64,000 nucleotides of DNA from Porphyridium purpureum (Eukaryota): NCBI GenBank assembly GCA_008690995.1, contig VRMN01000002.1, positions 1,922,001-1,986,000 on the forward strand, read 5' to 3'. Below, piece after piece: positions 30,096-38,884 of the stretch. The notes beneath the pieces were generated by a model. It was not told the origin of the DNA. It ran no database searches and saw nothing but the letters and a program-made list of their open reading frames with translations. The position numbers were made by a program, and so were the translations under genes. Position 1 is the first letter of the stretch. Each line of letters starts with the position of its first letter.

Positions 30096-31157
30096 TTAGA
30101 GTTCGTCATGTATTCTCAATTGGCGTCTTGCGCGAGCTTTCAATTCTGAAACGGGCGCGGCCCTTTCATTCAGCCTCCTCACAGGACTTCTGGGCTTGTC
30201 TCCGGACTGACGTGCTTGCTTGGGCATGCTGTGTGCCGCAACACCACGTCGAATTTGTTTGGCGATAATCTCGTCCAACTTCCCGCGGTCCAAGGACGGC
30301 CCAGACTGCGTGCTGAAATCCACGGGCAGGCTTCCCGTGGCTTCAATCAAGGGCGGCGCCCCGAACTCGATGAGCGCCTTATAAAGCGCCACGGCGTAGT
30401 GCTGGTCTGGCTCCAGCTCCAATGTGCTGACAATAAGTTCTGAATGTGCCCGGCTGAGGGTCCCATATTCGACCGCCACGTTTCTTATGACTGTGCTGAA
30501 TGCAGCACGCGCGGCGTCTGCGGTCTCAAAGCAGTCGCACGTGGCGACGGATGCCTGCGCGTGGTGAGATGCACCCGTCATCCCCAATGGACCGCGAAGT
30601 TGTGCGGCCGTAGCGCGGCACTGCTCAGTTTGCTCCGCAATATGCGGCATGGCGCACACTTCATCCATGCACTCTGCGAACATCGCGTCGCAGAATGCGA
30701 AAGATAACGCACAGGTAGCGTAGCAAACGTCACGTCGATTGCAACATGGCCGTAAACCGAATCTCTCTTTGTGTTCCATCCGGCGCGGCCCGCACCCGTT
30801 CACTGTAATCGTCACATGATCCAGCGGCTTAGGCCCCAAGTAGGATCGTTCTGCCGGACAGTGAGCAGTCGCCCTGAGCTCGTCACGCGGTTCTCGCGAG
30901 CTTGCAAAGTCCCTGATTTCCTCTTGCCCGGCACCCCGAGACGGCACGCGTATGCGCTTGCGCGACAATGCCGATATCGTATTTGCACCTTCGCCGTTGG
31001 GCGGGCTCGGGCTAGCGCGACTAAGGAGGTTGGCTTGCGCACCGCGCAGTGGCCGTGCAGGCGGTTGTTCACCCGGTGCGGACTCCGCGGTGGCAAGACC
31101 GTTCGCGGATAGTATGGCAGCGGTAAGGCACAGGACCACAAGCGCAGCGTGCTTCAT
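30096..31157 (-). CDS. Secreted group XII phospholipase A2-like protein with catalytic His replaced
   Basis: Signal peptide MKHAALVVLCL; VNGCGP, CCNRRDVCYATC, CD..F..CM..VC; C-terminal HDEL. Confidence 0.75.
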   Translation of the reverse strand: MKHAALVVLCLTAAILSANGLATAESAPGEQPPARPLRGAQANLLSRASPSPPNGEGANTISALSRKRIRVPSRGAGQEEIRDFASSREPRDELRATAHCPAERSYLGPKPLDHVTITVNGCGPRRMEHKERFGLRPCCNRRDVCYATCALSFAFCDAMFAECMDEVCAMPHIAEQTEQCRATAAQLRGPLGMTGASHHAQASVATCDCFETADAARAAFSTVIRNVAVEYGTLSRAHSELIVSTLELEPDQHYAVALYKALIEFGAPPLIEATGSLPVDFSTQSGPSLDRGKLDEIIAKQIRRGVAAHSMPKQARQSGDKPRSPVRRLNERAAPVSELKARARRQLRIHDEL

Positions 31158-32208
31158 TCCGCTGTGGGCGTCCGCGCTTCCATGCGTCCGCACAGTGTTT
31201 CGCCGGCAGCGCACGTGCACCATGTGTACGGCACAAGATAGCGATGCTGCCACGTCGCGCAATGTGGCCAACGCGCGCGCCGTTTTCGACCGACTTCTGC
31301 GGCAGTACGAGCGACGCACGCCACAAATGGCGCAAGTGCGGTCGAGGCTTGTGGATGAGTCTGGAAGAGCACTACCACTTGAGAACGATCACGTTGCGTT
31401 CCGTACGCTGGGCACAGCACCGCTCGGGATATCGTCCATTGAACGCGTGCTCGAGTCGCTGGGCTACACCCGACGCGATGGGCTCAGCTTTGAGCAGAAA
31501 AAGCTCGACGCGTTCTGGTACAGTGCACCCGAGAGCGCAGACACGCTCTATGATCCCCTCCCTCGCGTGTTTGTGAGCGAGCTGCGGTTTCACGAGCTTA
31601 CGAATGACGCGCAGCGCATCATTCATGAGTACGTGGCGCAAGTGGACGACCGGTACAAGCCAGGCGGTGCTCTGTTTGCGCCACAGAGCGTGGATGAGAT
31701 GGTCGAGTTCTTCGGTGGCGATGAGCAGACGCCAGTCTTACCGTGGCCCGCAGTGACGCGAGCGCATTACGATCGGTTGTCGTCCGAGTCCGAGTACGCT
31801 GGGTGGGTGTTGACGCAAGGCAACCAGCTGAACCATTTCACTGTGTCCGTGCATTCACTGCCTGATCATCTGGATACGTGCGAGAAAATCAGTGACGCGC
31901 TCAGTGACGTGTCGCAAGGAGCTGCGCTCGTGTTCAACCGCAGCGGCGGCGGGATTGTGAAGGTATCTCCAGATGGGCTTTTGCGACAGTGCGCAACGAT
32001 GGCAGCGGAGGTGCCTTTCCGATTTGCAGACGAAGCGGACGAGTGCCTCATCCCCGGCGCATACGTCGAATTTGCCGAGCGACTTGCGCTTCCAGCTTAC
32101 AAAGACCTGCGCAAGTGCGACTTGAAGCGCCACATGCGCCGCGACGGCTTTGAGTCCGCAAATGCCGACCGAATCTTCGAGTCCACATCCAGCGCCGCGT
32201 CGCAATAA
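31114..32208 (+). CDS. DUF1338 family 2-oxoadipate dioxygenase/decarboxylase (HglS/FLO7-like)
   Basis: NDHVAFRT, PRVFVSEL, ESEYAGW, NHFT, YVEFAER, RDGFE..NADRIFEST. Start at 31114 (transit-like) or 31222. Confidence 0.88.
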   Translation: MAAVRHRTTSAACFIPLWASALPCVRTVFRRQRTCTMCTAQDSDAATSRNVANARAVFDRLLRQYERRTPQMAQVRSRLVDESGRALPLENDHVAFRTLGTAPLGISSIERVLESLGYTRRDGLSFEQKKLDAFWYSAPESADTLYDPLPRVFVSELRFHELTNDAQRIIHEYVAQVDDRYKPGGALFAPQSVDEMVEFFGGDEQTPVLPWPAVTRAHYDRLSSESEYAGWVLTQGNQLNHFTVSVHSLPDHLDTCEKISDALSDVSQGAALVFNRSGGGIVKVSPDGLLRQCATMAAEVPFRFADEADECLIPGAYVEFAERLALPAYKDLRKCDLKRHMRRDGFESANADRIFESTSSAASQ

Positions 32209-32920
32209 CCGCTTCCTCTTGGGCACACCAATCAAGAAAAAGATGAGTACTTTCAAAACATCAAGCGACAGGCTCGCCACAGGCAAGCTGTATACCGAAA
32301 GCAAACCCAACCGGCCGACCTATGCTCTACTTCTGCATGGCACGAGCCGAAAGAAGGAGCTGTATACCGCTTCGATGCCGCAGCCCTTGCGAGTGCGCGC
32401 TTCACCCATCCGTCTACTGTACCCTACTGATCAGCATCACTGTACCGCAATGTTTGAAACGCTCATCTGTGTCAGTTCCTGATAAATAATGGTCGATTTA
32501 CTAGGAAGCGCCGCAAAGGTGATGTGAAGAGGAGGATGACTGTACCTCTGAGCAGTTGAAAGAGGACGAAGATTGGGGTGTGAGAGGGAGGCAGAGAGAG
32601 ACAGAGAGAGAGAGGGAGAAGGACGGAGAAGGGAAGAGGGACAGTGGGAGGGCGGTAGAAGGCCGTGGAAGGGGCTGCGCGCGTTGGGTGTTGGGGTAGC
32701 TGATGAAAGGACTGAGTCTGACGCAGGCGCGCGGTACTGTGGGGGGGAGGGTCGGGGTAGTTTGGAGGTTGGAAGAAACGAGTTGGGGTCGAGCGACGCG
32801 CTGAAGCGTTCGGGTGAGTCGTAAAGGTAGGAAGGGTGCGGGGGGCGACTGCAAGGGAGCGTGCGTGATTGAGGGTGGGGAAGAAGAAGGGCGGCACGGG
32901 AACGAGCGCGAGTTGGGATT

Positions 32921-34912
32921 ATGCCACTGACGGTGCGTCAGACGGAGACGCTCGCGCAGCATGGATACACGATCATCCGCAAGCTGTCCGAAGGCGGGCA
33001 AGGGGAGGTGTTCATGGCCAAGTATACTCCGGTAACGGCTATGCACGATGCTGGTGCGGCCGCCAATGCGGCTGATACTTCTTCTACTTCCATGGGAGCG
33101 GCACAAACAGACGCCACGGAATCAGCAAGCAAGGATGCGGACGGAGCGCCTGCCTCGGCAGCGAGTGTCGCGTCGAGCACGCCCTTGCTCGTAGCACTCA
33201 AGATGATTCCCAAGGACAAGATTCGGAGCGAAGCAGACGTGCAAGCAATCAAGCAGGAGGTGCGGATTTTGAAGAAAGTGACACATCCGAACATAGTTGG
33301 CTTTGTGAACGCCTTTACAGACAGCGATGGGGCGTACATCGTGCTCGAGTGTCTACGCGGGATGGACCTGTACGAAGTAATGCGCTCTGGAACAAAGTTT
33401 AGTGAGATGCGCGTGCTGAACATCATGAGCCAAGTCATGGATAGTTTACGGTACATGCACGAAGTCGGCGTCGTGCACTGCGATATCAAGCTCGAAAACG
33501 TCGTGTTCGCAGACTTGCTGCTCGAGCAGGTCAAGGTGATCGATTTTGGAATCGCTCACCTCCGCGAAAAGAAGGACGGGTCGGCCATCAAAATGCTAGG
33601 CGCTTCTCGCGAGTACGTGTCGCCCGAGTTGGCGCAGGCACGCATGCGCGTTGTGCCGGAGCCCGTGGACGTGTGGTGCGCCGGCGTCATGTTCTATGTG
33701 CTACTAAGTCGGCGATTTCCTTTTGCAAGCGCGCATAACGCGTCCAAGGACGAACGATTTCGCGCCGTCATGACGCAACCGCTCGAGTTTCCGGAGGCAC
33801 AATTTCATTCAGTGTCTGTCGCGTGCAAGTCGATCCTTGCCGAAATGCTTCGTAAGGAGGCCAAATCACGTCCCTCGGCTCTCGCATGCTATGAGCGCAT
33901 TCAAGCTGCGATTGAGTCCATGAAGAGCAAGGATCGGCCCAAGTCCATGAAAAAATCGGCCAGTCTACAGGACATGGGCCGCATCCCGTCATCTACTGCG
34001 TTTACGCGTAAGATGATGAGCCGTTTTGATACGTCAAACTCCAGGCAGGCATCTGAAAAGGCCGGGTACGACGTGGACGCAGGCACCGAAGTGCAACACG
34101 TCACAAGCGAAGTGATAGCGGATCTGGCATCACCTAAACGCCCGCCAACCAACAGCGTCCAACGGGACGCCAGAAGTAGCTCCCTGAAAAAGATAGGCTC
34201 GCCTCAGACCTTTGGAAGCTCGCGGATTTCGAACGTTTTGAATCGTTCAGGCTTTTTCAAGATGGATGATAATATGAAGGTTCCCGAGCAGCCCTTGTCC
34301 GGTGGAGGCTCACGGAGTGGCAGCGGCCGATTAAACCATTCCGCGGGAACCAGTTTTGGTGTTCCGCCGGTGCCGGACGCGTCCTCTTCGAAACGGGCAG
34401 GTAATTCGAAGCTGATGTCTCCCGAAGGTGGCTCTGGGAGCAGTTTGCGCGACGCGCGGCTGAACAACTCTAGCACGAGCAGCAATCACGCGGGCCGAGC
34501 AGAATTTGCTTCGTTCGGTTCGCAGACAGACAGTAGGGACAAAGGGCACGGGCTGATGCGGCCGTCCAGTATGCGCAACTTGCGCACGTCCCTGGGGCTC
34601 GGTGGGTCGCAAGCGCATGAACACGGCTATATTGGCTCACTAAGCGCTCGCAACTCGCGGCGGAACAGCCGGAACGATGGGGAGTCGGATTATGGCCCGT
34701 CGCACGTGCCTCGTGGAGTTGTTGGCGAAAAGGGCCGAAGCGGTTCGTGGGTGAAACGACTGTTTGACGCGGGGCCGAAACGCAAGGGAGGCGGAGGAAA
34801 GGCATCTGCGCAGAACTCAAATGCTCAGCATCCGCCGCCGTACGGCGGCGGCGTGGATGTGAGCCCCAACATGGCGAAGCAGAAGGGTTCTGGCCGGGTC
34901 GGTGGTAGCTAG
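32921..34912 (+). CDS. Ser/Thr protein kinase (CAMK-like) with disordered C-terminal tail
   Basis: EGGQGEV, VALK, HPNIV, HCDIKLEN, DFG, YVSPE, DVWCAG. Confidence 0.92.
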   Translation: MPLTVRQTETLAQHGYTIIRKLSEGGQGEVFMAKYTPVTAMHDAGAAANAADTSSTSMGAAQTDATESASKDADGAPASAASVASSTPLLVALKMIPKDKIRSEADVQAIKQEVRILKKVTHPNIVGFVNAFTDSDGAYIVLECLRGMDLYEVMRSGTKFSEMRVLNIMSQVMDSLRYMHEVGVVHCDIKLENVVFADLLLEQVKVIDFGIAHLREKKDGSAIKMLGASREYVSPELAQARMRVVPEPVDVWCAGVMFYVLLSRRFPFASAHNASKDERFRAVMTQPLEFPEAQFHSVSVACKSILAEMLRKEAKSRPSALACYERIQAAIESMKSKDRPKSMKKSASLQDMGRIPSSTAFTRKMMSRFDTSNSRQASEKAGYDVDAGTEVQHVTSEVIADLASPKRPPTNSVQRDARSSSLKKIGSPQTFGSSRISNVLNRSGFFKMDDNMKVPEQPLSGGGSRSGSGRLNHSAGTSFGVPPVPDASSSKRAGNSKLMSPEGGSGSSLRDARLNNSSTSSNHAGRAEFASFGSQTDSRDKGHGLMRPSSMRNLRTSLGLGGSQAHEHGYIGSLSARNSRRNSRNDGESDYGPSHVPRGVVGEKGRSGSWVKRLFDAGPKRKGGGGKASAQNSNAQHPPPYGGGVDVSPNMAKQKGSGRVGGS

Positions 34913-35157
34913 GCCTCAATATTTATGTGATGTTCTTGGTAAACAACTGGACAAAAGCAAGGAGGTCAGGCGGAGCAAGCATGGTCGTCTTCCTTACATG
35001 TCTGAAGTTTCTACGACAAAACGAGAGGGACGAAGGGGCGAAAGAAAGAATAGCCACGACCCTTTTCGCAGCCTCAAAACTAACGGGTATTCTGCGGAGG
35101 CGAACAAAATGGTACGAGCTCGTTATGCGAGCATGTAGTTCACGCAACATTGCCAGG

Positions 35158-35694
35158 TCAGTGCCTGAACAAAAGATAAAGCGCCACAAAGAAGAAGACG
35201 AGAAATGCAATGAGGTACCACATATGCTTGCCACCGTTACCCGAGTTGATCATATCATTGAGCCTCTCCATGGTACCGCCCAGCAAACCTTGCGCCGAGT
35301 CGAAGGTGAGACTCATCTTATCCAGCATGCGGTTCTGATAGTCCACCTCATCGCTAATCTGGATAGCTACGTCCTTCATGACACTGACCTTGTCATTCAG
35401 GTTATCGACCTGCGCATTATTGTCGCGCTCCAGCCCTTCCATTTCCTGCGTGCTGTGATTATAGTTCGGCGGCTGCGGGTACTTGCTCGCACTCCCGCCG
35501 CCGGCGCCGGCTCCTGCATTCCCGCCGAACAGCAAGTTCCGGTTCGAACGGTGCGTCGTATGTTGTGGCGTGTGGTGCTGCTGCGCCGACATGCCGCTCC
35601 CACTGTGTGCGCTATTCCCGACCACTGGCGCCGCTCCCAAAGATGCCTGACTGGGCGACGGTTGTCGCATGCGCAAGTCCGACGACGAGCTCAT
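35158..35694 (-). CDS. BET1: Bet1-like Qc-SNARE
   Basis: LERDNN..VD.L.DKV..MK.VA..I.DEV..QN.MLD SNARE motif plus C-terminal TM; ATG at 35694. Confidence 0.85.
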   Translation of the reverse strand: MSSSSDLRMRQPSPSQASLGAAPVVGNSAHSGSGMSAQQHHTPQHTTHRSNRNLLFGGNAGAGAGGGSASKYPQPPNYNHSTQEMEGLERDNNAQVDNLNDKVSVMKDVAIQISDEVDYQNRMLDKMSLTFDSAQGLLGGTMERLNDMINSGNGGKHMWYLIAFLVFFFVALYLLFRH

Positions 35695-35710
35695 ACAACG
35701 TCTTTCTCCT

Positions 35711-35723
35711 ACACACACACGCA

Positions 35724-35780
<57 letters not shown>
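35711..35780. repeat. (CA)n microsatellite, interrupted near its left end
   Basis: Seen directly. Confidence 0.97.
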
Positions 35781-35784
<4 letters not shown>

Positions 35785-35957
35785 ACGCACAAACCTCGTT
35801 CAGCTTCTTGCCGTTCAGCCAAACTCTTGTGGGTAACGAAGCGAAAGTGCCTTTGATCAACGTGGCGAAGACGGCCTTTGTTACACGGTTGGTTGAGGTT
35901 GAAAAGGTCCTGCCTTCATCCCGCCTTCGATTGTGTGTGTGCCCACGAGCACGCGGT

Positions 35958-36173
35958 ATGACGGGCAAGGCGCGATTCCCTTTCGGGGCGGTAACATTTG
36001 CGTTCCTCGTAGGCGCCGTGGTGGGTGCGTTTGTGGCGCAGAAGTACGACTTGCCCAACTTGGAGTATTGGGCGACGTCCTTGTATAGCGCATTGATTCA
36101 GAGGAAGAAGCAGTTGCAGGAAGGCAGCAAGCAGCCGTTTCGGTTTGGTAGTGGTAACATTAATCGCCGCTAA
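35958..36173 (+). CDS. Short transmembrane mitochondrial protein (STMP1/DUF4535-like), 71 aa
   Basis: FLVGAVVGAFVAQKYDLPNL matches the G...G.Y/F.AQ.Y..P signature. Confidence 0.75.
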   Translation: MTGKARFPFGAVTFAFLVGAVVGAFVAQKYDLPNLEYWATSLYSALIQRKKQLQEGSKQPFRFGSGNINRR

Positions 36174-36185
36174 GTAGAAAGGACG

Positions 36186-37727
36186 ATGGGTCACGAATCT
36201 TCGTGGCCCGCAAGGCTGCCTTCCCTACTTGGGCATGCGCTCATGCTCGTGCTGGCGGCCTTGTCCATTAACCGTTCGGTACGTGCAGTGATCGCAACCC
36301 AAATCCTGCTCGAAGCGGCGGCGGGAATGCATCAGGCTACAAACAAGGAGCTGATGACCGCAGTGTCTCTTTCGTTTGCCAAGCCAGACTGGACGCTGTA
36401 CAGCACATATGACGCGCAGATGAAGTTCTACAGGGAGCTCAACGACACATGTGCGTGGGTGGAACTCAGGTTTGAGGAGGACCCGAAAAGCAGGCTCGAC
36501 AGCGAGTCCTTGACGAATCAAAGCGAAAGCCGGAACGGCGCCGATATGTTCAAAAGGCTTCCTGTCTTGCTCATCACGGAGTCGGCGAAGGAGCCACGCG
36601 CGCTGAACGGTAAAATGCTTTCCATGCTGGTTGCGGGAACGCACGGGCGCGAGCTCATCACATCAGAAATTGTCATGCAGATCGCCGCAACTGTGTGCGA
36701 ACACAGCAGCGGCACTGCATTTGGACTCGATCCGGACATGACGCGCATGTGGCGCTCCTTGTTGGCAGACGTGGCAGTAGTTCTGGTGCCAGTTCTTAAT
36801 GAGTACGGCATGCGCGACGTGGAAAACGGAAACCTATGCTCACGCGGCAATGCTCGACAAGTCGATTTGAATCGCAACTTTGACTTTCTTTGGGGTAGGC
36901 ACGACGAGTCCACAAACTCAAAAGAAGAGAACCCGGGACCATTTGCAGAGTCCGAACCAGAAACGCGCGCGTTGATTCGTCTTGCAAGACGGCTCAAGCC
37001 TCAGGTTTTTCTTTCGCTGCACAGCGGCGACCGCGCCTTGATGCTACCGTACGACTATACCAAGGCCCCGCCAGCACTGCATCGCCTGGCGCCGATCCGT
37101 GATGCCGCTCAGCAAGTCGCACGCTCATCCGAGTTGGCGCTTGAGGTCGGCAGCTGCCACACGCTGTTTCGGTACAATGCATACGGGACAACGTCAGACT
37201 ATTTTTTCGAAATCCTGCGTGTGCCGTTTGTGCTGACCGTTGAGGTCTTTGGAGACGGTGCCGCGCATGAAGACGATTGTCACCGCATGTTCAACCCAAT
37301 CAACGCGAGTGAGTATGTGAATACAGTTTCCAGCTGGTCGGGTGGCATCCGCCTTTTTCTAGAGCTCGCGAAGGACCGCTTGAATGGAGCCTCCCACGGC
37401 GGTGGCCGCACAGTCGCGGGTCTCTTGAATGACAAGGAGAACGCCGAACATGCCGAAGAGCAAGAGGACGTCCGCACGGGTAGCGCATCGGCCGACCAGC
37501 GCCGGACACTAAAAGCTGCCAACCGACGCTCTCCTGCCTCGGCGCGAGTTCCGGATAGCGCGACGCATCCTGGCGCACAGTGGCTGTTCTCAATGGCCAT
37601 GCAACAGGAGCTCGGCTTTGCGCTTGCCTTTATTTGCGTATTTACGATCGTGGCAGTCTTTTTCAAGTCGCAGATTGCGCGTGACGCAACTTTGCGCACG
37701 CATCGGACGCGGAAGAAGGGGTTTTAG
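36186..37727 (+). CDS. M14 zinc carboxypeptidase with signal/anchor and C-terminal TM
   Basis: HGRE, RGNA..VDLNRNF, PGPFAESEPET, SLHSG, catalytic E in TVEVFG. Confidence 0.9.
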   Translation: MGHESSWPARLPSLLGHALMLVLAALSINRSVRAVIATQILLEAAAGMHQATNKELMTAVSLSFAKPDWTLYSTYDAQMKFYRELNDTCAWVELRFEEDPKSRLDSESLTNQSESRNGADMFKRLPVLLITESAKEPRALNGKMLSMLVAGTHGRELITSEIVMQIAATVCEHSSGTAFGLDPDMTRMWRSLLADVAVVLVPVLNEYGMRDVENGNLCSRGNARQVDLNRNFDFLWGRHDESTNSKEENPGPFAESEPETRALIRLARRLKPQVFLSLHSGDRALMLPYDYTKAPPALHRLAPIRDAAQQVARSSELALEVGSCHTLFRYNAYGTTSDYFFEILRVPFVLTVEVFGDGAAHEDDCHRMFNPINASEYVNTVSSWSGGIRLFLELAKDRLNGASHGGGRTVAGLLNDKENAEHAEEQEDVRTGSASADQRRTLKAANRRSPASARVPDSATHPGAQWLFSMAMQQELGFALAFICVFTIVAVFFKSQIARDATLRTHRTRKKGF

Positions 37728-37746
37728 ACGAATAAACGTCGGTGGC

Positions 37747-38856
37747 ATGACCTTTTTGTCGAAGCAAGAGCGCATTGTGCTTGCGGAGCGCCCGCACGGC
37801 TTGGTCGACAACCAGACTTTGCGCCGCGAAGTGTGCGCGGTGTCGTGGCCACCGGTTGCTCCGCGTGGAGGCGTGTATGTCCTGGTGCGCGTCGAGTATG
37901 TAGGCGTTGAGCCGGCCATGCGCGGCTGGATGTCGCCAGATATGAACTCTTACATTCCGCCCGTGCAGCTAGGCAGCGTGATGCGTGCGCACGGCGTCGG
38001 GCGGGTGGTCGATGTTTGTAAATCCTCTGTGGCGGTCGGTGGAGACGATGAATGTCCCTCGCTGCAAGTGGGAGATGTGGTCGAAGGCATGCTTGGAATG
38101 CAAGCGTACGCGGTCTTGCCCGCCGGAAAGGTAAGCCTTGTTCGACAGCTTCCTAAAAGTATGCCTGACAGAAGCACGCTGGCGCTGAGCGTGCTCGGTA
38201 TTACAGGTTCGACCGCGTACTTTGGCCTGTTTGGGGTCGGAAAACCAGTGTCTACAGATACCGTCCTGGTTTCGGCCGCGGCTGGTGCAGTGGGCGGCAC
38301 GGTGTGTGAGCTCGCAGCCAAAGTGGTCGGATGCAAGCGTGTGATTGGAATCGCTGGAGGCAAGACAAAGTGTGAAATGGTGGTGCGCGAGTTGGGAGCA
38401 AGCGCGTGCATTGATTACAAAGGCTTATCTGAGCGGCAGTTGCACGAAGCGATCAAGCAGTACTGTCCAGATGGCGTCGATATTTTCTTTGACAACGTGG
38501 GCGGCATCACGCTAAATGCAGCATTGCGCAGTCTGAATCGCGTGGCAGTCATTTGCGGCGCCATTTCAACGTACAACAACACGAAAATGGAGCCGAAGGA
38601 TGCCCCTTCACAGTACATGATGTTGCTCAAGCGGCGCGCGAGGATGGAAGGCTTCGTGGTGTTTGATTTTGAGTCCGAGTACGAGCGAGCACGGCGCGAC
38701 CTGAGCGCTTGGATCGACCAAGGACTCATTCATGTGCGAGAGCATACGATCCACGGACTCGATCGAGCTCCAGAGGCGCTCAACATGCTTTTCAGTGGTG
38801 CCAATCAAGGCAAGCTGATAATCAAAGTCAATCACGACCAGTTTGCCAGACTGTAG
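37747..38856 (+). CDS. NADP-dependent alkenal/one oxidoreductase (PTGR1/CurA-like MDR)
   Basis: VLAERP.G, EPAMRGWM, TAYFGL, VSAAAGAVG, FFDNVGG, CGAISTYN, GANQGK. Confidence 0.92.
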   Translation: MTFLSKQERIVLAERPHGLVDNQTLRREVCAVSWPPVAPRGGVYVLVRVEYVGVEPAMRGWMSPDMNSYIPPVQLGSVMRAHGVGRVVDVCKSSVAVGGDDECPSLQVGDVVEGMLGMQAYAVLPAGKVSLVRQLPKSMPDRSTLALSVLGITGSTAYFGLFGVGKPVSTDTVLVSAAAGAVGGTVCELAAKVVGCKRVIGIAGGKTKCEMVVRELGASACIDYKGLSERQLHEAIKQYCPDGVDIFFDNVGGITLNAALRSLNRVAVICGAISTYNNTKMEPKDAPSQYMMLLKRRARMEGFVVFDFESEYERARRDLSAWIDQGLIHVREHTIHGLDRAPEALNMLFSGANQGKLIIKVNHDQFARL

Positions 38857-38884
38857 TACCAAGGGGAACGCGTGGAGAACATAC

